Shown: positions 6,795 to 16,478 of the stretch, piece by piece
Layout: each line of letters starts with the position of its first letter
Numbering within the stretch: the first letter of the stretch is position 1
Assembly: GCA_017441705.1 (NCBI GenBank)
Contig: JAFRWU010000039.1
Coordinates: 182 to 64,181, forward strand
DNA length: 64,000 nucleotides
Direction of reading: 5' to 3'
From: Clostridia bacterium
GTDB taxonomy: Bacteria > Bacillota > Clostridia > Oscillospirales > QAMX01
Position numbers and translations under genes: made by a program
The notes under the pieces: generated by a model
Seen by the model: the letters and a program-made list of their open reading frames with translations, nothing else
Told to the model about the DNA's origin: nothing
The model's database searches: none

Positions 6795-7556
6795 ATGTCG
6801 CTGGAAGAGATTTTCAGGCTTCTGGAGAGGAAAAAAGAGGAGAAAAGACCGGCGCCGCCGACGTGGATCGTCTGTGGCCTCGGAAATCCCGGCGCCAAAT
6901 ACGAGACGTCTCGTCATAACGTGGGATTCGAAACACTGCGCTTTTTTGAGGAGCGCTTCGGCTTCAGAACCACGCGACTGGAATTCAAGGCGCTGACGGC
7001 GCGCGTAATCCTGAAGCTTCCCGACGGCAAAGAAGAAAGCGTGCTTTTCATGCGCCCGCAAACCTTCATGAACAACTCCGGCGAAGCGGTGGGGGAGGCC
7101 GCGCGCTTTTACAAGATCCCCCCGGAGCACGTCCTGATCATCTACGACGACGTGTCTCTGGAGGAAGGACATCTCCGGATACGCGCGAAAGGAAGCGACG
7201 GAGGACACAACGGGATCAAAAGCATCATCTGGCATCTCGGGACCGACGTCTTCCCGCGCATCAAGCTGGGCGTCGGATCGCCTCCGACCAAGGAGTACGA
7301 TATGGTGGGCTGGGTGCTGGGACAGCCCGACGAGGAAGCGAGAAAAAAGATCGCCGCAGCGGCGGCGAAAGCGCCCGATGCGGCTCTGGAGATCATGGCC
7401 TGCGGCGTACCGGCGGCCGCGTCCCGCTTCAACGGCCCGGCGATCCGGCCGGCAGGATCCGGCAAGAAACCGGCCGGGGACAAAGAGCGGAGCGAAGACG
7501 GCGCCGTTCAGGAAGAAGCACAGGAAACGGAAAGCCGGGAGGAAAGCTTGTCATGA
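6795..7556 (+). CDS. pth: Peptidyl-tRNA hydrolase with N- and C-terminal extensions
   Basis: Motifs GLGNPGAKYETSRHNVGF, FMNNSGEAV and DGGHNGIKSI are present. ATG 6795 follows GGAGAGG; the track start 6780 overlaps that RBS. The stop overlaps the mfd start (ATGA). Confidence 0.9.
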   Translation: MSLEEIFRLLERKKEEKRPAPPTWIVCGLGNPGAKYETSRHNVGFETLRFFEERFGFRTTRLEFKALTARVILKLPDGKEESVLFMRPQTFMNNSGEAVGEAARFYKIPPEHVLIIYDDVSLEEGHLRIRAKGSDGGHNGIKSIIWHLGTDVFPRIKLGVGSPPTKEYDMVGWVLGQPDEEARKKIAAAAAKAPDAALEIMACGVPAAASRFNGPAIRPAGSGKKPAGDKERSEDGAVQEEAQETESREESLS

Positions 7557-10500
7557 GAGCGCTTTTGGACAGGCTGACCTCTCTCCCGGAGATCGGCGAG
7601 ATCTTCCGGAGACTGGAAACGGGAAAAACGCCGGTGCTTTTGACCGGGCTTTCCCCGATCCACAAGGCGCACGTGATCGCCGCGATCCGGCGAAAGACGG
7701 GGCGGTGCGTGGCGGTTATCGGCGCGGACGACCGGGCTCTGTCGCGCATCGCGCTGGACGCCGAGGTCTTCGCGGGGGAGGAAAGCGCCGTTCTCGTCCC
7801 CAAGGAACAGATTTTTTATCAGGCGGACAGCGCCTCCCGGGAAAGCGAGCAGAGGCGCATCGCCTTCTTTTACGAGTGGGAGCGGACGCCGCTTGCCTTC
7901 CTGTCCGCGGAAGCGGCGGCGGCGCGCACGCTGCCGCCGGAGATCCTGAAGAAGGCGGTGATCCGGCTGCGGGTGGGGGATATCCTGGAACCCGCGGAGC
8001 TTTCCCGCCGCCTGGTGGACGCCGGATATCGCCGGGTGGAGGCCATCGACGCGCGCTCCGGCGGAGAATTCGCGGTGCGCGGCAGTATTTTCGATATCTA
8101 TCCGGTCAATGCGGAGCTGCCCTACCGCATCGACTTTTTCGACGACGAGGTCGATTCCATCGCCCGGTTTTCCACCGAGACCCAGCGCCGCGTCGATCAG
8201 ACGGGCGAAGCGGTGATCCTCCCGGCGGCTGAGGCGCTGCCCCGGCATGCCGAGGGCGGGATCGAAGGCTGTGCGGAACGCATCCGTCTTCTGGAGGAAA
8301 GGCTGAAAAGGCGGAAAAAGCTCTCGGATAAGCTGCGGGAAACGCTGGAAGGCGACAGAGAAGCGCTTCTGGAAAACGGGACCTTTGCCGCGATCGACCG
8401 GATCTATCCCCAGATTTACGGAGAATTTGCTTCGGCTCTGGATCATCTGCCTCCTGACGCGATCGTGGTCCTGGACGATCCCGGAAGGATCGCCGAAAGC
8501 ATGAAAAACGCCGACTGGCGGCGGGGGGAAGAGGCGGTTTCGCTGATGGAAGCCGGTCTGATCTCCGATGAACAGACCGACTGGATGATGGACCACGCGG
8601 CCTTTGTCCAGACGCTCGCGGGGAAGAGCGTCGTGATGCTGGACACCTTTACGGCAGGCGGCTACGAGCCCGCGCCGCGCGCGGTGACCTCGATCCTGAC
8701 CAAGGAGCTGAGCGGCATCACCGGCGGTTTCGAAGGCGCGGCGGAGGAGATCGGGACCTATCTCGCCGCGGGTTACGCGGTGCTTTTCTGCGCCGGAAAC
8801 GCGCATCGCGCCGAGGTGGCGGTGGACGCCTTCCGGGAGGAAGGGATCAAAGCCCGCTATATGACCGCGGAAAGCGCCGAACCGGAAAAGGGAAGCCTCG
8901 TCGTGACCGATGCCGCGCTTTCCGCGGGCGCGGAGTATCCCGCCCTGAAGCTTGCGATCCTGACCGAAGGGATCCGTACCCGCACCTCTTCCCGCAGGGC
9001 CAAAAAAAGCGCCCGCAAAGAGGGCGGAGAGGCGATCCGCTCCTTCGCAGACCTCCATCCCGGGGATCTTGTGGTGCACGACGCTTACGGCATCGGAAGA
9101 TTCGCAGGGATCGCCCCGATCGAGACCGACGGTCTGCAAAAGGACTATATCAAGATCCAGTATTTCGGAAGCGACGTCCTTTACGTCCCGGTGACCCAGC
9201 TCGACCTGATCGCCAAGTACATCGGAGCCGGGGACGAAGGCACGGTGAAACTGAACCGGATGGGCGGCGGCGACTGGGTGCGCGCCAAATCCCGCGCCAA
9301 GGCGGCGGCGAAGGAGCTGGCGGGCAAGCTGATCGCGCTTTACGCCGCGCGCGCAAAGCTCAAGGGTTTCGCTTTCCCGAAAGACAGCGAATGGCAGAAG
9401 GAATTTGAGGAAGGCTTCGAATACGAGGAGACCGAGGACCAGCTCCGCACCACGCAGGAAATCAAGCGCGATATGGAAAGCGAAGTGCCCATGGACAGGC
9501 TTTTGTGCGGCGACGTGGGCTTCGGCAAGACCGAGGTCGCCTTCCGTGCGGTGATGAAATGCGTGATGGGCGGGAAGCAGGCGGCGATCCTGGTGCCCAC
9601 CACGGTGCTCGCGCGTCAGCATTATCAGACCGCGCTGCACCGGTTCCGCGGCTATCCGCTCCGGATCGGGGTCCTTTCCCGCTTCACGCCCGCGGCCAAG
9701 TCGGCGGAATACCTGCGCCAGATGAGATCCGGCATGCTGGACCTGGTGGTGGGGACTCACAAGCTTCTGGGGAAAAACGTGGCGTTCCGGGATCTCGGCC
9801 TTCTGGTGGTGGACGAGGAGCAGCGCTTCGGCGTCAGCCATAAAGAGCGGCTGAAGGAGCTTGCGCGGACGGTGGACGTCCTGACTCTGACCGCGACGCC
9901 GATCCCCCGCACGCTGAACATGGCGCTTTCGGGAATCCGGGACATGTCGATTCTGGAGGAAGCGCCGCATAACCGGCATCCGGTGCAGACCTACGTGCTC
10001 GAACACGACGAAAGCGTCCTCCGGGACGCGATTTCCAGGGAGCTTTCCCGCGGCGGGCAGGTCTATTATCTCCACAACAAGATCGAAACCATCACCCGCA
10101 CCGCGTCGCGGCTGCAGCAGGCTTTCCCCGACGCCCGGATCGCTGTGGGGCACGGACAGATGAAGCCCGAGGAGCTTTCCGAGGTCATGCGGGAAGTGGT
10201 GGAGGGCGAAGTGCAGATCCTGGTCTGCACCACCATCATCGAAACCGGCATCGACATCCCCAACGTGAACACCCTGATCGTGGAGGACGCAGACCGGATG
10301 GGCCTTGCCCAGCTTCATCAGATCCGCGGCCGCGTCGGCCGGTCCAACCGCCGGGCGTACGCCTATCTGACCTATCATCGGGGAAAGGTGCTTACGGAGG
10401 TGGCCTCCAAACGGCTTTCCGCCATCCGGGAATTCGCCGAATTCGGCGCGGGCTTCCACATCGCCATGCGCGATCTGGAGATCCGCGGCGCGGGCAACGT

Positions 10501-11053
10501 CCTCGGCGCCGAGCAGTCGGGACATATGGTGTCGGTGGGCTACGACATGTATCTGCGCCTCCTGGATGAAGCCGTGGTGGAGGCCAAGGGTGAAACGCCG
10601 GCCAAAAAGGCGGAATGCACCGTGGATCTGGAGATCGACGCCCGCATCCGCGAATCGTATATTCCCAATGCGCCGGAAAGACTCGACATTTACCGGCGGA
10701 TCGCCTACATCCGCACGAAGGAAGACGCGGAGGATATGACCGACGAGCTTCTGGATCGCTACGGAGAATTCGGAGGGGAGGTCCGGAATCTGATGCGGAT
10801 CGCCCTTCTCCGGAACGAGGCGGCCGAAGCGGGGATCTGCGAGATCTCCGAAAAGAAAGGAACGCTCACTCTGCGCCTCGCTTCCCCCGACTTCATGAAG
10901 ATCTCCGCGCTCTGCGTCATGCCCGCTTTCAAGGGAAGGATCTTCCTGAACGCCGGGTCGGAACCCTATCTGTCTCTCCGGGTCAAAACGGGCGAAGATC
11001 CGCTTTCCCTGGCGGACGCGGTGGTGAAAGGCCTGCAGAGTACTGAAAAATAA
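7553..11053 (+). CDS. mfd: Transcription-repair coupling factor
   Basis: 1166 aa with superfamily-2 helicase motifs (GDVGFGKTEVA, DEEQRFG, TATPIPRT, QIRGRVGR). The pth-mfd arrangement is conserved. Confidence 0.95.
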   Translation: MRALLDRLTSLPEIGEIFRRLETGKTPVLLTGLSPIHKAHVIAAIRRKTGRCVAVIGADDRALSRIALDAEVFAGEESAVLVPKEQIFYQADSASRESEQRRIAFFYEWERTPLAFLSAEAAAARTLPPEILKKAVIRLRVGDILEPAELSRRLVDAGYRRVEAIDARSGGEFAVRGSIFDIYPVNAELPYRIDFFDDEVDSIARFSTETQRRVDQTGEAVILPAAEALPRHAEGGIEGCAERIRLLEERLKRRKKLSDKLRETLEGDREALLENGTFAAIDRIYPQIYGEFASALDHLPPDAIVVLDDPGRIAESMKNADWRRGEEAVSLMEAGLISDEQTDWMMDHAAFVQTLAGKSVVMLDTFTAGGYEPAPRAVTSILTKELSGITGGFEGAAEEIGTYLAAGYAVLFCAGNAHRAEVAVDAFREEGIKARYMTAESAEPEKGSLVVTDAALSAGAEYPALKLAILTEGIRTRTSSRRAKKSARKEGGEAIRSFADLHPGDLVVHDAYGIGRFAGIAPIETDGLQKDYIKIQYFGSDVLYVPVTQLDLIAKYIGAGDEGTVKLNRMGGGDWVRAKSRAKAAAKELAGKLIALYAARAKLKGFAFPKDSEWQKEFEEGFEYEETEDQLRTTQEIKRDMESEVPMDRLLCGDVGFGKTEVAFRAVMKCVMGGKQAAILVPTTVLARQHYQTALHRFRGYPLRIGVLSRFTPAAKSAEYLRQMRSGMLDLVVGTHKLLGKNVAFRDLGLLVVDEEQRFGVSHKERLKELARTVDVLTLTATPIPRTLNMALSGIRDMSILEEAPHNRHPVQTYVLEHDESVLRDAISRELSRGGQVYYLHNKIETITRTASRLQQAFPDARIAVGHGQMKPEELSEVMREVVEGEVQILVCTTIIETGIDIPNVNTLIVEDADRMGLAQLHQIRGRVGRSNRRAYAYLTYHRGKVLTEVASKRLSAIREFAEFGAGFHIAMRDLEIRGAGNVLGAEQSGHMVSVGYDMYLRLLDEAVVEAKGETPAKKAECTVDLEIDARIRESYIPNAPERLDIYRRIAYIRTKEDAEDMTDELLDRYGEFGGEVRNLMRIALLRNEAAEAGICEISEKKGTLTLRLASPDFMKISALCVMPAFKGRIFLNAGSEPYLSLRVKTGEDPLSLADAVVKGLQSTEK

Positions 11054-11100
11054 TGTAAATTTTATAATGAAATAAAGATATATAGCGAAAGGATATGACT

Positions 11101-11736
11101 ATGGAAGCTTTGCGGGACGAAAAGGGAAGGACGGAGGAGGAATTCCTTCTGGCCTACGACGATTCCCGGTATCCGCATCCGTCCCTGACGGCGGACAATC
11201 TGATCTTTTCCTTCGGGGAGACAACCGAGCTGCTTCTGATCCGGAGAAAGGGTCATCCGTATCTCGGCTTCCGGGCGCTGCCCGGCGGCTTCGCCGAACC
11301 CGGAGAAAGCGTGGAGGAAACCGCGGCGCGGGAGCTGGCAGAGGAGACCGGGCTTTGCGGTCTGGAGAGCGAAAGCGCAGGCTTTTTCTCCGCTCCCGGA
11401 CGGGACCCCCGCGGCTGGGTGGTGACCCGCAGCTTCATGGCCGACGTCGGCAGCCGGAAGGAAGAGGTCCGGGCAGGCGACGACGCAAAGGACGCCCGGT
11501 GGTTCCGCCTGACGGCCCTCCGGGAAAAGAATGCGCTTCGCATCAGCCTGACAGACGGGGGAGAGAAGCTTTCGGCATTGGTCCGCGCGGAAGAGGAGCC
11601 GGGTGTGAGCGGCAGACCCAACCGGCGTTTGAAGCTTCTGGAAAGCCGGGGGCTTGCCTTTGATCACGGACTGGTGATCGCGGACGCGCTTCTGCGGCTT
11701 GCGGACGGGGGGAAAATCAGGATCGATGAGGCTTGA
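11101..11736 (+). CDS. NUDIX hydrolase
   Basis: Nudix box LPGGFAEPGESVEETAARELAEETGL. ATG 11101 is better spaced from GAAAGGA than the track start 11095. Confidence 0.85.
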   Translation: MEALRDEKGRTEEEFLLAYDDSRYPHPSLTADNLIFSFGETTELLLIRRKGHPYLGFRALPGGFAEPGESVEETAARELAEETGLCGLESESAGFFSAPGRDPRGWVVTRSFMADVGSRKEEVRAGDDAKDARWFRLTALREKNALRISLTDGGEKLSALVRAEEEPGVSGRPNRRLKLLESRGLAFDHGLVIADALLRLADGGKIRIDEA

Positions 11737-12607
11737 TCGATGCGAGCTCTGCCCGCGGCGCTGTGCGGTCGACCGCACCCGGGGAGAGCGCGGCTTCTGC
11801 GGCGCGGGCGATGCGATCCGGGTTGCCCGCGCGGCGCCGCATTTCTGGGAAGAACCGTGCATTTCAGGAACGCGCGGCTCGGGCACGGTGTTTTTCTCCC
11901 ATTGTACGCTTCGCTGCGTTTACTGCCAGAACGGGGAGATCTCTCACGGCGGCGCGGGGTGGGATATCACGCCCGAAAGGCTGCGAGAGATCTATTTTGA
12001 ACTGATCGAAAAGGGCGTCCACAATATCAATCTCGTGACGCCGACCCATTTTCTGCCCCTGATCCTTCCGACGCTCGAGGGGCTTCCGGTTCCGGCAGTG
12101 ATGAACTGCGGCGGGTACGAACGGGTCGAAACGATCCGCGAGCTGAAGGGCCGGATCCAGATCTATCTGCCCGATTTCAAATATGCGGTCCCGGAGACGG
12201 CCGGGACCTATTCGATGGCACAGGATTATCCGGAGAGAGCGCTGGAAGCGATCGGGGAGATGATCGATCAGGCCGGAAAGCCGCGCTTTGACGGGGACGG
12301 GATGATGATAAGCGGCGTGATCGTCCGGCATATGATCCTTCCGAACGAGATCCGAAACAGCCTTCGCGTCCTGGAGCTTCTCGCCGCCTCCTTCCCGAAG
12401 GAGAGTTTCCTTCTCAGCCTGATGAGCCAGTATACCCCGGCGGGCCGCGGAAAGGAGATCAAGCGGATCTCCCGGCGCATCACCCCGTCGGAATACGGGC
12501 GGGTCCTCCGGAAAATGGAGGAGCTCGGTTTTGAAAGAGGGTATACGCAGGAGCTTTCCTCCGCCAGGGAGGAATACGTTCCTCCCTTCGACGGCACGGG
12601 AGTATAA
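11726..12607 (+). CDS. Radical SAM protein, PflX-like (pyruvate formate-lyase activase-related)
   Basis: The N-terminal Cys cluster MRLDRCELCPRRCAVDR…FCG precedes the radical-SAM motif CTLRCVYCQN. It overlaps the end of the Nudix gene by 11 nt. Confidence 0.8.
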   Translation: MRLDRCELCPRRCAVDRTRGERGFCGAGDAIRVARAAPHFWEEPCISGTRGSGTVFFSHCTLRCVYCQNGEISHGGAGWDITPERLREIYFELIEKGVHNINLVTPTHFLPLILPTLEGLPVPAVMNCGGYERVETIRELKGRIQIYLPDFKYAVPETAGTYSMAQDYPERALEAIGEMIDQAGKPRFDGDGMMISGVIVRHMILPNEIRNSLRVLELLAASFPKESFLLSLMSQYTPAGRGKEIKRISRRITPSEYGRVLRKMEELGFERGYTQELSSAREEYVPPFDGTGV

Positions 12608-12862
12608 AAATGATATGGATTATAGAATAATATTATCAATAATAGCAGAAAACTATATTGCAGCGCGCAGACCTGTTGAGGGCTCTGTGCGGACGGAGAA
12701 GAGAGGGAGAGCTGAGAACGCAACTTGACATTTGCCGGCCGACGGCAGAAAACTGCTTTTCAGTTGTTCTGCAGGATCTGGTTTTGAAAAGACGGGAAAA
12801 CCTTCTGAGGCCGGGGAAAATGCAGCACGAGTCTTTTGACGGAAAAGGGGAGTATTGCCATC

Positions 12863-13624
12863 ATGAGAAAACGTATCTTTCAAGTCATCGAAACAGCAAG
12901 AGAGGATGATCGTCTGAGTAACGTCTATGACGTTTTTATGATGGCGGTCATCGTTATGAGTCTGCTGCCCTTGGCTTTCAAGGAAGAAACGGTTTTCTTT
13001 CTTATCGTTGACAAAGCTGCGGCAGTTATATTTGTCATAGACTATTTCCTTCGTTTACTGACGGCCGACTTCAAACTGGGCAAAAACGGTTGGTCTTTTC
13101 TTCTGTATCCAATCACACCGATGGCGATTCTGGATCTTCTTTGCATCCTTCCCTCGCTTAGTATAATCGATAGCGGTTTTCGCATTTTAAAAGTTTTTCG
13201 TCTATTCAGGACCCTTCGGGTATTTCGCGTTTTCAAGGCAGTGCGATACTCCAAAAGCATCCATATGATCAAGGGCGTATTCAAAGCGCAGAAGAAACCG
13301 CTTATGACGGTCGGCATGCTCGCGTTGGTCTATATTCTGATTTCCGCGTTGGTGATCTTTAACGTTGAACCGGATTCTTTTGATACTTTCTTCGATGCCG
13401 TTTACTGGGCGACGGTTTCTTTGACGACGATGGGATACGGCGATATTTATCCCGTCACAACGGTCGGCCGAATCGTAACGATGGTTTCCTCTGTGTTTGG
13501 TATTGCTATCATTGCTCTTCCCTCCGGTATCATCACCGCAGGATTCATGGAGGAACTGGATAGAAGCATTCAGAGTCCCAAAGAACTCGTCTGCAAAGGG
13601 ACGGAAGAAAAAGAGGATCAATAA
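12863..13624 (+). CDS. Voltage-gated-type potassium channel (ion transport family)
   Basis: Selectivity filter TTMGYGD. An S4-like arginine ladder reads RILKVFRLFRTLRVFRVFKAVR. ATG 12863 follows AAAGGGGAG. Confidence 0.85.
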   Translation: MRKRIFQVIETAREDDRLSNVYDVFMMAVIVMSLLPLAFKEETVFFLIVDKAAAVIFVIDYFLRLLTADFKLGKNGWSFLLYPITPMAILDLLCILPSLSIIDSGFRILKVFRLFRTLRVFRVFKAVRYSKSIHMIKGVFKAQKKPLMTVGMLALVYILISALVIFNVEPDSFDTFFDAVYWATVSLTTMGYGDIYPVTTVGRIVTMVSSVFGIAIIALPSGIITAGFMEELDRSIQSPKELVCKGTEEKEDQ

Positions 13625-13921
13625 ATAGTTGCCTCCTGCCGAAGAAGCGCTTTGCTTCACGATGGAACGCGTGGGTTTGGCAGAGGCTTTCAGAGCCTGC
13701 AGCAGTTGAAAAACAGGCGAAGCGGCGGCAAAAACGCAATGGAATAATATAGTAAAAAATAATAAAATATTATGAAATATAGCTGATAGCGAACAAGACA
13801 GGCAAGAATCCTGAAAAGAATATCGAATAGCTATATTCAACGGGCGGAGAGACCGGAATTCGGTTTTCGAGGGGCAGAAGACGGGCAAGGCATAACGACA
13901 GGGGAAAAAGAAGAGAGAAAA

Positions 13922-13956
13922 AGCGGAGCGCCGGGATTTCCGGCGCTCCGCTTTTT
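13922..13956. terminator. Bidirectional intrinsic terminator downstream of obg
   Basis: A 13-bp GC-rich stem pairs 13922-13934 with 13940-13952 around loop GATTT. A-run on the 5' side and T-run on the 3' side. Confidence 0.8.
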
Positions 13957-13991
13957 CTCTGATGCGTTTCATTTTGTGAAAGAGGGATGCG

Positions 13992-15260
13992 TCACTTGAT
14001 ATACTCGAATTCCAGATCGTAGAGGATAACGGTGTCGCCCTCCCTGACGCCGTCGGCCTCCAGACGGTCGAAGACGCCGACGTCGCGCAGGATCTTCTGC
14101 ATGTGAGAAAGCGATTCGTAATCCGAAAAGTTGGTGGATTCCACCAGATGCGCAAGGCCGGCGCCTTCCACCACGAAATCGCCCCGGTCGTTCCGGGTGA
14201 CCGTAAAGCCCTCGCGGGATATGCCGGCGGGAAGCTCGACGGGGATGTCCTCCGGCTCGTAGACCGTGACCGGGGGAAGAGAAGCGAGCGTGTTCCACAC
14301 CTCGCTGACCAGTTCCTTCACCCCTTCTCCGGTGGCGGCGCTGATCTTCATGACGGGGAAGCCCGCGTCGTGAGCCGCGGCCGCAAGAGACGCCCAACGG
14401 CTTTCGTCCACGTCGGCCTTGTTGGCCACGACGATCTGCGGGCGGGAGGAAAGGGTGGAATACCGGGCGAGCTCAGCCTGGATCTTGTGGAAATCGTCGA
14501 CGGGATCGCGGCCTTCGGAACCGGATACGTCCACCAGATGCAGAAGGAGCCTGCACCGGTCGATGTGCCGGAGAAACTCGAACCCGAGCCCCGCGCCTTC
14601 GCTGGCGCCCTCGATGATGCCGGGGATGTCGGCGGCGACGAAGCTCGCTCCTTCGCCCACGTAGACCACGCCGAGGTTGGGGGTCAGGGTGGTGAAATGG
14701 TAATTTGCGATCTTGGGCCTGGCGGCGGAGATCACCGAAAGCAGGGTGGATTTCCCGACGTTCGGGAAGCCCACGAGGCCCACGTCGGCAAGAAGCTTCA
14801 GCTCGAGCTGGACGTCGAACTCCTCGCCGGGGAGCCCCGCCTTGGCAAATCGCGGCGTCTGGCGGGTAGGGGTGGCGAAATGCTGATTGCCCCATCCCCC
14901 CTTGCCGCCGCGGGCGGCCACGAAGGGCTCGTCGCCGGAGATATCCTTGATCAGATAACCGTTTTCGGCCGATTTGATCAGGGTGCCGCGGGGTACGCGG
15001 ATGATGAGATCTTCGCCCTTCTTTCCGGCGCAGCGCTTGCCGGCGCCGTCCTCTCCGTTGGAGGCGGCGTATTTTTTCTTGTACCGGAAATCCATCAGGG
15101 TGGAAAGGTTGTCGTCGGCCACGAAGATCACGCTGCCGCCTCTGCCGCCGTCGCCGCCGTCGGGACCGCCGGAGGGCACGTATTTTTCGCGGTGAAAGGC
15201 CACGGCGCCGTTGCCGCCCTTTCCCGCCTTGATGTGGATCCTGGCGGAGTCGATGAACAT
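13992..15260 (-). CDS. obg: GTPase Obg/CgtA
   Basis: N-terminus MFIDSARIHIKAGKGGNGAVAFHREKYVPSGGPDGGDGGRGGSV, G-domain motif GFPNVGKST, and a C-terminal OCT-like domain. Confidence 0.95.
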   Translation of the reverse strand: MFIDSARIHIKAGKGGNGAVAFHREKYVPSGGPDGGDGGRGGSVIFVADDNLSTLMDFRYKKKYAASNGEDGAGKRCAGKKGEDLIIRVPRGTLIKSAENGYLIKDISGDEPFVAARGGKGGWGNQHFATPTRQTPRFAKAGLPGEEFDVQLELKLLADVGLVGFPNVGKSTLLSVISAARPKIANYHFTTLTPNLGVVYVGEGASFVAADIPGIIEGASEGAGLGFEFLRHIDRCRLLLHLVDVSGSEGRDPVDDFHKIQAELARYSTLSSRPQIVVANKADVDESRWASLAAAAHDAGFPVMKISAATGEGVKELVSEVWNTLASLPPVTVYEPEDIPVELPAGISREGFTVTRNDRGDFVVEGAGLAHLVESTNFSDYESLSHMQKILRDVGVFDRLEADGVREGDTVILYDLEFEYIK

Positions 15261-15349
15261 GAAAAGACCTCGATTCTCAAAGATAGAAAAACGGGACGGG
15301 AAAAAGACCCGCCCCGCGTTCTTTTGGCTTCTGCAAGAGAGATCCGGAC

Positions 15350-15628
15350 TTACGCTTCGTAAACCGAGACCTGCTTGCGATCCTTGTCCTTGCGCTCGAA
15401 ATGCACCTTGCCGGAAGTAAGGGCAAAGAGAGTGTCGTCGCTTCCGATACCGACGTTGAGGCCGGGATGGATCTTGGTGCCTCTCTGTCTGACCAGGATG
15501 TTGCCGGCTTTCACGAACTGACCGTCGGCGCGCTTGACGCCCAGACGCTTGGATTCGCTGTCGCGGCCGTTCTTGGTGGAGCCGACGCCCTTTTTATGAG
15601 CAAAGAACTGTAAACCGATTTTCAGCAT
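15350..15628 (-). CDS. rpmA: 50S ribosomal protein L27 (with Prp-cleaved N-terminal propeptide)
   Basis: [32 protein letters not shown]…; the propeptide ends with the FF-AHKKG cleavage motif. Confidence 0.95.
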   Translation of the reverse strand: MLKIGLQFFAHKKGVGSTKNGRDSESKRLGVKRADGQFVKAGNILVRQRGTKIHPGLNVGIGSDDTLFALTSGKVHFERKDKDRKQVSVYEA

Positions 15629-15646
15629 TGTCGTTTCCTCCTCTGT

Positions 15647-15964
15647 TTAGTCGTGTTCCCGAAGGGTGAGGTACTTCGGATTTTCGCGGGAAAGCTCCCT
15701 GAGATAAAGGCGCAGCGCTTCCAGAGCCTGAAAGGCGCCTTCCGGAGCCCGCTCCGGAAGCGTGAGGGAAATCGCCGCGGGGACAGGTTCGACCGAGACC
15801 GCCGCGCCCGAAGAGAGCACGTCGTTCACGTGCGCTTCGGTCAGGCGGACGGCGCTGGTCACCGCCGCGCACACCAGATCTTCCCCTGCGGGAGCCGATC
15901 CGCTGTGACCCGAAATCCGGAAGCCTTTGGGAGGGGTTCCTCCGAAAAACTCCGCCCTGATCAT
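15647..15964 (-). CDS. prp: Ribosomal-processing cysteine protease Prp
   Basis: Motifs GHSG…DLVCAAVT(S)A and its position between rplU and rpmA. Confidence 0.88.
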   Translation of the reverse strand: MIRAEFFGGTPPKGFRISGHSGSAPAGEDLVCAAVTSAVRLTEAHVNDVLSSGAAVSVEPVPAAISLTLPERAPEGAFQALEALRLYLRELSRENPKYLTLREHD

Positions 15965-15970
15965 GAGAAC

Positions 15971-16282
15971 TCAGCGGGCGATCGAGACGATCTCGATTTT
16001 CGCATAGGGCTGACGATGGCCCTGACGTCTGCGGTAGTTCTTCTTGGCCTTGAACTTGAAGACCATGATCTTCTTGGACTTGCCTTCCTTCACGACCTTC
16101 GCCGTGACCTTCGCGCCTTCCACGTAGGGGGCGCCGATGGCGGAGGAAGCGTCGTCGCCGATATAGAGGACCTTGTCGAAAACGACCTCGTCACCGGCGG
16201 CCTGTTCCAGCTTTTCCAGGAAGAGGGTGTCTCCCTCGGAAGCCTTGTACTGCTTGCCGCATGCTTCAAAGATTGCGTACAC
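15971..16282 (-). CDS. rplU: 50S ribosomal protein L21
   Basis: [18 protein letters not shown]… begins at the GTG at 16282, preceded by GAGGTG plus 9 nt. The track ORF extends spuriously into the leader. Confidence 0.9.
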   Translation of the reverse strand: MYAIFEACGKQYKASEGDTLFLEKLEQAAGDEVVFDKVLYIGDDASSAIGAPYVEGAKVTAKVVKEGKSKKIMVFKFKAKKNYRRRQGHRQPYAKIEIVSIAR

Positions 16283-16415
16283 TGTTTTTTTCACCTCGTT
16301 CGTATGTTGAGTCACGCTGTTGCGGGCGGAACGCCGGGGCGTTCTCTTGCTCAAATCAAATTGGCCGGCACCACGCGGTAAAACCTATTATAGCAAGCCG
16401 TGACCGGGAAGTCAA
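16283..16415 (-). promoter_or_regulatory. rplU operon promoter plus ~100-nt leader (candidate L21 leader)
   Basis: On the minus strand: TTGACT (16415-16410), 17 nt, TATAAT (16392-16387). The leader contains the hairpin GAACGCC-CC-GGCGTTC. Confidence 0.6.
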
Positions 16416-16478
16416 GCATTATTTTTTCACTTTTTGCCCAACGATCGCGGGGAAACCGGGGAGAAGGAGGGAAGGTTT

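Noticed and set aside
7508-10525. A very long ORF (1005 aa) antisense to mfd. Similar long ORFs in the track are 4384-6384(-), 14103-15362(+), 16434-17855(+), 18779-20266(+), 20163-21629(+), 21644-23170(-), 25361-27319(-), 28264-29511(-), 29270-30946(-), 31135-32883(-), 34698-38153(+), 38414-39964(-), 39853-41958(+), 42014-43798(+), 43714-45597(+), 49271-50776(-), 50640-52898(-), 53071-54264(-), 55031-56941(+), 57100-58872(+), 59810-60727(-) and 61878-63755(+).
   Set aside because: They are mirror-strand or off-frame ORFs that fully overlap genes with clear family motifs. Their translations are Arg/Gly/Pro/Ala/His-rich low-complexity sequence, and they lack an RBS. This is typical of stop-codon-poor GC-rich DNA.
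12608-12862. A c-di-AMP (ydaO/kimA-type) riboswitch upstream of the K+ channel gene.
   Set aside because: The conserved GGGGACCCA / CCGAACCCG…CAGCUAACC-type segments I remember from this family are not present.
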